Shown one piece after another: positions 53,440-64,000 of a DNA stretch of 64,000 nt; the first letter of the stretch is position 1, and each line of letters starts with the position of its first letter. Source of the stretch: Balanoglossus misakiensis (lineage: Eukaryota; Animalia; Hemichordata); contig CM082583.2 of NCBI GenBank assembly GCA_040954595.2, forward strand, positions 13,359,864 to 13,423,863, written 5' to 3'. The notes under the pieces are model-generated. The model did no database searches. It saw nothing but the letters and a program-made list of their open reading frames with translations, and was not told where the DNA came from. The position numbers and the translations under genes are program-made.

Positions 53440-56400
53440 TCAGAAGACAACATGGATTTTTGAAGAGTCCATTTTTGGCAAGGACTTATCTGCGTGGGTC
53501 TTTGATGCCTGACACAGTTGCAATGCTAGTTGACTTGCACTGACATGAATGGTGTCCATGCTTTCATCACATGGTTGGCTGGAGTTCTTTTCACCTGTGG
53601 CTGATTTCACTGTCTCCATCCCTGCTTTGTTTTCTTTTTGTCTTGACGGTCGACGATCTGTGCCTTTTTCACACCCATCCTTAGCAGCCTGGTGCTCATC
53701 AGCTATTGCACTGACCACAGATTCATGGCTGACTTTGTAAGAACAACTAGAAGTAGAGGCCAGAGCATTTGAAGATTTCTTATATTTTGCTGCAAAGTTA
53801 CTAGGTTTAATTCCTATCAGATTGAAGTCTGAAGCACCATCATCGCCAAGAGGTACACTATCGTCTTTCTTTTGTTTGTCATTTCCAGCTTTGTGGATTT
53901 TCTTTTCTTTTTTAGATTTCTTCATGTCATCTTCACCTTTCATCTTTGATACATCACTTGATTTCCTGCCCTTTGACACATCAGATTTCTTCTCTTCACG
54001 TTTTCTTGTTGGTGCAGCATCTGTAATCTCTTTTGATTCATCTGAACTCTCTTCCAAGTCTGACTCTGTTTCTTTCCAGGTGGAAGAACTTTGGGTTGAA
54101 CAGGGAAGACTTGCCTTACTTGATCCACGTTTATACTGCATTCCAATCATACTTGGCCGTAATGACACAATTGCGGCACCAATGTCTTCATCGCTACAAT
54201 TGACTGTAAATTTCATCTCTGCCTTTCTGTCTTTAACTCTCTTCTTGGCTCCTTTAGATCTGCCCTTTCCATTATCACCAAGTTCCTCAATATCTGAATC
54301 CTGTTTTCCTTCTTGCTTATATTTTCTGTTCAATTCAACTTGACCTTCAAACATCTCATCAGTATCCCCGTCTCCTTGAACCCTAGCAACAACCAATGAG
54401 CTGTATCTATTGGTAATTTCAAGAGTTGTTTGGCTGACAAGAGTAGCATCACTTAAACGTCCCATTGATATATCAGTACAGCTTTCTCTTTTTGGTGGAT
54501 TTATTTCACTGGGTTTTAAACACAGATCATACTTCACTCCTGGCTCATCAACACAGGCAGTGAACATTTCTCTGGATAACCGTGACACTGTTGAGAGGAA
54601 ACAGTAACAAATCAGTTTTGTTGCACCAATCTGCGCATTTCTATGTATATCTGGAATCCAACAGTATGTGTACAAAGTGCAAACATTTGTACAGTTTTTA
54701 AAACCAAAACTAATAAAGACTAATAATTATGTCTATCACTTACATTTCTTCTGTGAACTTGATTTCACCTAAAATTTAAAGGAAAATAACATAACAGTAT
54801 CTTTTCTCTCGCATGATTCACATCAAACGTACAGAACCATTTATACTCATTTTGTCATTGGTAAAGGGAGACGTCCTTTAATATACATATTTGTGATATC
54901 TTGTTATTGGCAAGATTTAACAAACGATAAAAGTATCTCTTACTTCTTTGCTTGGTTTCTTTCTACCTGCGTATTTTGGTCTTTCCTTGGTTGGATGTTC
55001 CAATGGTCTGCTTTGCACTTCAATGTCACTGAAACCCGTGCCAAGATTCTCACTCATCTCCAGCTCATTTGCTGATTGTGTCAACTGTGTTGATGGCTTG
55101 ATACAAAATAATCAGACATGTTTGCATTGTAGTCATGGTAATGGTCTAAATTTTGGAGGAAGGTAGTTGCCTGTTAAGTTACTCATGGTGTTCCTTGAAG
55201 GCACAGGTGTTTTTGTGTTCTACACATAGTTATAGAAAAGTAAGCAGTATAGCTGGTATAAGAGGATGCATAGGAAAGTCAGACCAAAAATCCCATGAAG
55301 TCAGCATTGTCTCCTTTTTTTGAGAGAAGTACAGTTGGTGGGTGGGGCTATGGATGAGGTAAAATGTTTGGGTATCTATACCTTTCTTATCTGAGGTTTC
55401 TTTCTTCCTGTATATTTTGGTCTGTCTTTGGTTGGATGTTCCAGTGGACTGCTATTGACTTCAATAATGTTGAAATCTGAGCCAGTTTTATCATCATCAA
55501 CAGCTAGGTCAGTTTCTGATAAAGATTTTTTTCTCAGTGTCTACAAGAAAGTCAATAAAGTGATCTGATCCTCAGAATTTCTATAACTTTAAACTAAAAC
55601 ACATCTTATTTATTTATTTATGCCCACAATATTGATCGTACCTCACGTCGTCTTGGTGATGGACTTCTTCGGCCAGGGTGCTTTGGTCTGTCTCTAGTTG
55701 GATGGTCCAAGATCTGGCCATATGTGTCAAGTTCATCAAATTCTGATAATCCTCCTTCTTTACCTTTGATTACTGAAGTCCGCTTGCGTTTGGTGATCTA
55801 ATCAAATGTTTTAATATGAGGGTGAATTATGATAACTAACAATGGGGTCGAAGGTGCCTTTTAATATTTCCGTCCAGTTTCTTATTTGACGATATCCCCC
55901 CTCAATAATTACCAGAAATTGTTTATTTCAATGAGTGGATTTCTTATTCTAGTTCCTTAGAGTAAAATATAATTATTGGGTAACAAAAAAGTGGCCAAAA
56001 TTTAGAACTTGACTAAACATCACGTACCACTGTTTCTTTATCCTGGGTAATATGGCGATCATCTTGAAGAGCTTCTCCTGCAGAAGAAGATGCTTCCCAT
56101 GGTTTAGTGTTCAACTGTGTTTTGCCTCGTCCTTTTACCTGCTTTAAGGAAAACTAAAACAAAAGAAAAACCAGGAATATATTAAAATGTGAAAAATAGT
56201 TCTTATGTTTCAAATAAATTTGACATTTTGAATGCTTGTCAAGTTCTGCATATTGGTTGTGTCGAAAAAATCCCTCTTGGGGGCTAAGTTTCAAGTTCAG
56301 AGAAAGGACTTGTACTTAATGCCTTTATACAAGTAGATCATTTTACCGGGTCAATCATAGGTTGAATTATCTTGATTTCCATGGCTCCTGCTTGCTTGGA

Positions 56401-56705
56401 TTTGCCAGAAAACTTGGAAAATAGGTTCCCCATAAACTTCCGTGTCGGAGAGGGCGACTTCACTCTGCTGGGCCTCGTCGACGACGTCGTCGCATTTGAA
56501 GCAGGAAAATGGAGTTTCTGTCGTCAAGAAAAGTCGGATTTTCTCACTTTCAATTATTTGCCGTACTTACTTGATAATAAAGCTTCAAAGTTGTTCGAAA
56601 ATCAAGGAAAACGTGAGCTTTGGTTTCACAACCGAGTCAGTTTTCTCTGTGCTATACACCTTAAAAAGCCGCAAAACATACCCTTACCTTTTTAAATCTG
56701 TCCAT
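53440..56705 (-). CDS. Uncharacterised low-complexity protein with three capping-protein-interaction (CPI) motifs
   Basis: Exons 56705-56688, 56517-56347, 56138-56028, 55797-55642, 55540-55382, (55219-~55183 uncertain), ~55098-54944, 54768-54744, ~54588-53440 splice in frame by GT-AG. Three LxHPTxxRPKxxGRxxP motifs. Confidence 0.78.
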
Positions 56706-57199
56706 TGTCTTAGGCTTTACTTTGGATGAAAATAGAAATTATTTTATGATGTTTCACCTGTTCGATGAGTGAAACAAATGCATATTTTTAACGCAACACA
56801 CAAGCGCGCTGTCGATTGTGAAAAGAATTGTAGAATGGAATAAGAACAATAGTAACCAGACAATATGAACTCAAGGGGGCGCACTTTCGTAGGTCCACCG
56901 GAAATGCGCCGAACGCATCCGCCGAACGTGGCCGGCCGTGGCAGCGGTGTCCGAGGCATGATGTATTCTGAGCACACATCTGCGGGCCATCAGCAAACTG
57001 TTACAGTCAGCGCATACTCTTTCTTGAGCGAAATAACATAATAAACGTCCTTTACAATTTAGGGATTTATTGTCCGACTTCTGAGAGAAACATCAGCGTC
57101 AACGCCATGCATGCATATTACCCATCATGCATTGAGTTATCTTTTGTCTTTGAGATGGGGGGACTGTCGTCAATCTCCCACACTCTGGTACATTTCTGC

Positions 57200-57350
57200 C
57201 ATTTTTAATAGTTCACGTGTACGTGTTATACTTGTGTCTGTCTATTAAAATATCCCAAGAACAGCTGGACAGATTTCAAATCAAATTTGGTACACAGGTA
57301 GAGTTTCAAAACCGCAAAACTGGTGTTATTTTGTTGGGCAGGGCTTGCAT
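57200..57350. mobile_element. Possible degenerate DINE-1/Helentron-like interspersed repeat fragment
   Basis: gtgtctgtct followed by atatcccaagaacagctggacagatttcaaatcaaatttggtacacagg resembles the core of such elements; recognised from memory only. Confidence 0.3.
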
Positions 57351-58066
57351 TTTACAAAAAAAGAAAAGAATTCTAACTGGTTATGTACAGGTGTGTGAAC
57401 TTAGAAGGGTTAAACTAGTGGTATTTAATGTGTATTTCGACCATGAGGTGTAAACATTTTACTTCCAGTCTCACCAAATTTATGTAACTGCCAGATGTAC
57501 TGTTTTTATGAAGATAGCACATAATTGAGACTAGTTGCACTGACCCTGAGACAGTAATGTGTTTCATGGCTTTTATTCCAATTTGTATATTTCAGTGTCT
57601 TTCAAATCATTTACACATCAGCATATATAGTTTGTTATGTCATATCTCAATGTAATTCAATTTAACAGCAAAGAATATCAAATGCAAAATCATGAATCTG
57701 AAAAACTTATGAGTATTGAAACAATAGATTACAAAACTCAGAGATTTCAAAGATCTACAACACAATAACTTGACATGAATACAAATGTATGTATTGTCAT
57801 TTGGAAAAATACTTCTATCTTAGACAAAAACTTACAATTCTTTTTTTATCACTACCACAAGACATATCTACGCTGGCCTATCTATACCTGTAAAAGCTAT
57901 GACAGCTTTATTTTTTGTTATAAAAGCTTTCTACATTCGTTAAATTGAAGAACAAATATTAGCAGGAATAGAGAGCTATAAACCTCACAGAAATGTAGAA
58001 TTGAAATATCAGACTAGGAAGGCACAGATAAAGTGATCTTTCACATTACAGTTACTAGTAAAATAT

Positions 58067-61000
58067 TCACATGTACTTTTCAGGTATCCTATATGCTGAG
58101 ATATACACCTGGCCTGTTGTTACCTTGGCAACTATGAACAACACATTATCAAGAACCCTTATAGAGGATGCCATGAATGCATGTCTGCTATTGGAGTTTC
58201 TACTTAATTTATGCTGACCAATCATGTAGCCTGTTGTGAACTCAAGTACAGTGACATCATCATTATTAACAATGATGTCATCAATCTCTTCCGTCCTCCA
58301 AAAGAGAATCTGTCCATCCCAACCAGTAGAGATGAGGAATTTTCCAGCTGGGTCAAAGGTTACCGCTGATACAAAAGAGACATGGCCTGCAATGAGACAA
58401 CAGGTAACAATTAACATTCTATGTTGTTGATGATGGTACTCATTGATGTTAGTTGTATGCAATGCAATGTTGTGTAACTTGATGTCACATGTATTTCATG
58501 TGGCTGTCATGTGACCACCATGGCACAATTGAAGCTGAAGATTTATAATGTAGCACATACCTTTCATTTGGCAACATTTATGGAAGATATCTGGTGTAAC
58601 ATGGTGTTTCTTTGCTCCAACTGCAAATTAACCATAATAAATATATAGCTATGAATGGGTTACTTTTAGTTTTGTTGAACAAGCTTCTATGTGGTAGAAG
58701 TTTCCATAGATAACAAAACCATGCAACTGACAAAACAGTAAACAGGTGTGGACAGATTCAAATATCACCATTCAATTAAGTATGGCTATCCTCTCATGTA
58801 CTTACAGTAATGCATGTTTGGTCCAATGGGTTTTCCATCTCCCTGTTCCTCAGCAGATGTTCTCAGATAGAATATGCTAATTGTATCATCCTCCCCTCCT
58901 ACTGCTATCATTCTGCAAAAGAACAAAGGTCACGCATGTCAATATCTTGGAAGGGTTATAATTAAAAATATCATGTCCAAACATGCAAAAGACGCTGAGT
59001 CTTGCCGAATGAAAACATAACTAATGATTCACCTTTTCTTTGGATGCCAGGCAAGACACAAAACTGAGCCATATGATATACTGCTTCTATTGATATATGA
59101 CAGACTGCAATTCTTGACACTTCGAGGAAAATCAATACCATAAAAGTAGACGTCACTGGAATTGGCATAACCAACACAGACGTACCTACAAAAATTAATA
59201 AAGCGATTCAAAATTAATACGAAAAGATCATAACAATTGGTACATGTACACTTTTACATGTAATTCATTTTTGCAAGGAATATGCAAACATAGCTACAGA
59301 TATTATCTGTTAAGAACTTACCGAGCATCAGCTGAAACAGCAATGGTAGAAACTTTCACTGGAATGTCACACTTCGTTTGTAGAAGCACCAGTTTCTCAA
59401 TATTGTCTGTTTTTAACACCTTCCACAAACAAACATGACCACTTTTATATCCAGATAAAAGGTATATTGAGCCACGTTCTGAAAACCACACTAGGCTGTA
59501 AAATAATGTAAAATGAAATGAAACATAAATTTCAGAAGGAAATCAGGAAATCTTTTCACCATCATATTTTACATGATATTCACATAGTGGTTGGTGATAT
59601 ACTTACTTTGTGACTGGTGATGTAGTAGGATCCCCATCAATGATCATTGCCTGTGATTTCTGATCACAAATTTTAAAGATTGAGAGTTGACCATTAGCTA
59701 GACCAAGAGCCAATACAAGAGCATCTCCTATACAGTAAAATAAAAAATGAGTGGAAAAAATTAGTTCACTTTATCAGTTAACCATGACCTGGCATGCGAG
59801 GAAATATCTTGGTAGAGCAGGGAGATTTGATGAGAATAACAGAGTAACAGTAAACTGCCAGACCAACTAGAAACAGCCTAAAACAGTTGCTGTATTTATC
59901 ATCTCAGCATGCATGTTTATCCAATACAAGGGATGACAAAAGTGTAGACTCACCAAGTTTGACCGGACACCAGGTTAGGCCAGTTATTGGTGAGAATGTA
60001 GTAATATTGACCAGATGGCTCATATTGTTGATGTTGTCCATCACACCACACATTGTTTTGTCAGAACTTATGTTTTGCTGCTCTCTGGTTTCCTTGGCAA
60101 TGACCTCCTTCACACTATCACTATAGAGACATCAGTAGCATATTTATATAGATAAGAATTGTTACATTCAGGTATGACGTTCAGATTCATCACTTGTATT
60201 TGGATTTTTAACACAAACCAAGGAGAGTAACTTTAACTTGAAATGTTGAGATCATAAGGTAAACTTTCATACCTGGTCACATCACCATCACTTTGTCTCT
60301 TCCTTTTCAGTTTAGTCTTTGGTTCATCGTAACCAATCCCTTCACTGCTCTTTCGCTTTCTAACACCAGGCTTGATGTGGTCACCATTTTTTTGGCTTCT
60401 GAGGGTGCTGTTCAGTAAGAGCTGGGACAGGTCTTCAGGCAATATACTGCATGCAACTTGGTATTTGGTGCACGACCCACTGTTTTCCTGAACCTTGGCA
60501 AAGGCCAGCTATTGAAAGGGAAATTAATTTAATAAATTTATATTCTGAAGCTAAAATTCCATTGTATTATTTAAGTTATAAAAATAAGAAAAGTCAAACA
60601 AATGTAACAGTAAGAGAGTAATACCTGGGACATGTTTTCATATTCTGGAAGTAATAAACTCACAGCTTTGTGACTTGTGAATAGTTTGGATGTTTTTAAA
60701 CCAACTGTTTTCACCAGAGAAAGCACTTTAGCTCGTTCGAAGGATCTCTGAAACAGAAACAATTGGTAAAATGGTTACAGGTTGGAGGTTTTGAGGTTTA
60801 ATTCATTCATTCAGTCAGTCAGTCAGAATGAAGCCCAAGGTGGCCTACACAACTACAAGAATCAGAAATTGGTAAAAAATTAAGGTTACATCAAGTGTAA
60901 AGAATGTCGTCTAATGATATATTAAACAACACCTTTGTTACTTCTTGTTCTGTGGGTTTTCTGTGTTGCTCCAAAGTATGCTGACATTTTGGGCACTGAA

Positions 61001-62398
61001 TTATGGGTAGCATAAGTTTGACTAACTCTATCCTGTAACAAAATGAAGCAAAACAGATGATATGACACATGCTATGAAAATGTAAGAAAAATTTAGTTAC
61101 GTTATCAGCCTGCGTTCATGAAAATGAACCAATCAGAGAATAACAACTTAACTATATTATCTGAATGTTTTGTTTGAATTCACAGAATGAAGTGTTCAGT
61201 AACAACTAGCTGGAATATGCAGTATTTCATTGAAACTTACGTGAATCCATGGTATTTGAGACAGGATTTCATAAGTTCATCAGCATTAAGACCAAATCCC
61301 TTACAACGACATGTCTTCAAGCTGATCTGAAATAGTTATATCATTTGAACTTTGAAAGGTAAGTTTATATTAAGTACAATTATCATGATGGCATAACTTT
61401 AAGTCAGTTAAAATTGCCAGTCACAATCCTCTCAGATTGTGAGATGTAAATGTCCATAATATGGCCAACCATAAGGCCAACAACCGAGAATTTAGTTCTC
61501 TCAGTGACACATAGTGACTGTTGCATTTTAGGATGATCTCGCTCACCTGTGCGCCTACTTCATCAGGATCCATGGCAACCGCTTCAAACCATGGTGTCAT
61601 GTCAACATCCTCCTCCTGCTCCTCTTCCTCATCTTCATCATTTTGTTGGCAGTTCTCTCGCTTGGCTTTGGAGTGGCAGTGTAGTTGGCTGGCTGATGAC
61701 AAGGCAGAAATGATGTAATGGTCGATCTCTGTCATCATACGATGTGCATCAATGAGATGATTGCAACCAGTGCATTGTCTGGATAGCGGTGTTCCTGCAG
61801 GTATGCTAAACAAGATGGGAAAATAGACATATAAATATCAAGAACTTCTAACATGTGAATTAAAAATTGAAATGTGCATTATCAACAGAAAACAGCAACT
61901 AGCACCAATAGTCATTTGAACAATGATGATACATTACCAATTCAACTTTCAGATCTAGATCCTTTGCAACTAACCTGTCATCTGGTCGTTTGTATCCATC
62001 ACAACTGCAACCAATACAAGCATAATTTCCTGCTTTTTCTAGCTGCTCCTTCTTCTGTTTATCAAATTTTGTCAGAAGACGATGTTCACTTTCTTTATGA
62101 CGGCAGTTTTGGCAGGATGGAGTTGAAAATGTTGATTTAAACAGTGCCTGTGGTCGTACATAGTTATCACATTCACATCGTGGATATTGACAGGGGGTGC
62201 CATGTTTTAATCCTTTCTTTCGAATCTGATAAAGTAAACACGTAGATATAATAATGTTATTACCATAAAAACGAATGCGGCTGTTCAACAATCAAAATGT
62301 AAACTTGTCAAAAAACATCTAAAGAGACCATGCACTTTAACTTCTATACATGATTTGCATATACTTTACCTTATTCACTTGGACTTCAGTTAGGGTAT
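58067..62398 (-). CDS. WD40-repeat protein with N-terminal Cys/His repeats; 5' end not identified
   Basis: >=14 exons; WD repeats LLSGYKSGHVCLWKV, VLCLAWHPK..IAVGGEDDTISIF, GHVSFVSAVTFDPAGKFLISTGWDGQILFW; stop at 58067. Confidence 0.8.
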
Positions 62399-64000
62399 CT
62401 GTAAAAACACAAAAGTACATAAATAGACAACAAAATAATTCCCAGAATTCATCTTTATTGCACAAGGTCTGGCTTGACTGCATTTCCTTTGTCTTTATGA
62501 CAGTCATGTGAAAGGAAGTGGATCAGCTCCCTCTTGAGACAATAATGGATGCTGAGACAACTTCATTAGTTGCTCTGTATGTAACAACCTCATCTCAAAA
62601 GTCACAATGCATCAATCAAATTCCAGAAATCTGCATCTAGTTCATTCAGTGGTTGAGCCAACGACCCGTGCGGCGAACGATGTCCAAACCCAAGATCACC
62701 AAAATGCACCACATACACCAGACCCATCATCAGCCCATACATCCTTTGTGCACCAATCAAATCTTAAACTAAACACCATGCAATGATCAAATCCCAAGCC
62801 ATCCTACATGTACCATATAACCATGGCAACAAACCAATGCAAAAATAAAGTTATAAAACTCAAAACCAGGGAAACCTAAAGAATGATCAAACACGAGATT
62901 CCTGTAAAAGGACAACCATGAAAACATCTCACTAACAGTGGAATACTTCAAGATTCATCTCTATACTCACCATAATTACTGTGTCTTGATCAGCAACAAA
63001 GAAGTAAATAATTAAAGGTTAAAATCATACAAGTCAAGCTTGTTAGTAAATGTGTACATCAAAATTCATGCGCATAAAAAAGTAACAAAATTGTTTACAG
63101 GTATGTACGGTAGTAGCAATATCATGAAGACAATGGGCAGAATAAGTGCAGACAAGACATGCAGGAACACTATTATTAATCACGTGCAAAGTGTTTCACC
63201 AAAAACAGCAACCAATGGCAAAATATTTGCTATGGGTATTGCAATGGAAAAACATTACAGATGGTGGAAACAGACATGCACAACTAATTCTTATCGCTTA
63301 TAGCGTGCCTTCTTGACCATCCTTAAGAAAAAAAAATCCCTCATGAGTTCACACAGAGCCTCACTATGGCCACATATAAGTAATATAATGAACGAGCTGT
63401 TGTTAGGATAGAGCTTGGTTTCAATAGCATGTTTGTATCAGCTGAAACCACCAGACTCCTGTTTATCAGTTTTTGATAGATGTCATGACAAAGAACAGCT
63501 AAGTTAAACCAGGCCATTTTTAGAAATCTGTATATTTATCTTGCAGGTCGTATCACAAAATGATGAAATGACTGCCCCCACAGGCCAAATACCACCCAGC
63601 TTCATTCCAGACCTTTCCGACCGCATCTTAACCCTTGACCTCCATGAAGCCTCTCAGACAATGTTTAACAAAGGTAAGAAATTCTCAATGTATAACAGGT
63701 AGTCTAATTGATACAATTGTCATTTCATGGGTTGGAATAGTTTTTCGCACTGTTGCGATGTCCCAATGTCCAAAGCAGCAACAAGACATTTTAGAAACTT
63801 TAGACTGGAACAGAGAACAAATTAGTACACTGTCTACTAACATTTAGAAACTGCACTCCAAATATTTACAAATATTGTACAACTTAGTTATAAATAGTAT
63901 GTACAAGATTGGTAAACATTATTCAAAGTGACATAACCTGACAATTTTAAAATAAATGGCACTTGGAAGTTTTGGATTCATGACACAAATAACAAGAGAA

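Noticed and set aside
53822-54343. 173-aa hydrophobic plus-strand ORF
   Set aside because: Antisense shadow of a Lys/Glu/Ser-rich exon.
56744-56979. Two minus-strand ORFs upstream of the CPI gene
   Set aside because: CpG-rich promoter/5' UTR; no in-frame splice into MDRFKK and no protein-like signature.
62440-63310. CA-rich short ORFs and possible micro-exons upstream of the WD40 exons
   Set aside because: No consistent frame or splice path could be built; may be degenerate repeat or UTR.
1-64000. CRISPR arrays, prokaryotic operons or defence systems, tRNA/rRNA genes, autonomous transposons
   Set aside because: No spaced direct-repeat array, transposase or reverse-transcriptase ORF, or structural RNA signature recognised; genes are spliceosomal and eukaryotic.

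Overview
AT-rich, intron-rich, gene-dense animal (invertebrate metazoan) genomic DNA; not prokaryotic, and no CRISPR or rRNA/tRNA was recognised. By manual exon reading it holds 12 protein-coding genes: an SLC24/NCKX exchanger (-), a ZNF710/ZNF366-type 11-finger protein (+), POLG (-), two tandem secreted Sema-Ig-Ig semaphorins (+), BORCS8 (+), an intronless ZIP1/2/3-type zinc transporter (+), a C18orf32/UPF0729 homolog (-), MRPS16 (+), TRMO (+), an unrecognised disordered protein (-), and a 5'-incomplete WD40 protein (-). The most unusual items are: (1) the unrecognised protein carries three tandem, exon-encoded actin capping-protein-interaction (CPI) motifs; (2) the semaphorin pair has near-identical Sema-domain exons and introns but barely alignable Ig regions, and copy 1 has lost most of its PSI domain in frame; (3) the WD40 protein has three N-terminal Cys/His repeats. 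Exon boundaries were inferred by eye from GT-AG sites and frame continuity and are untested.
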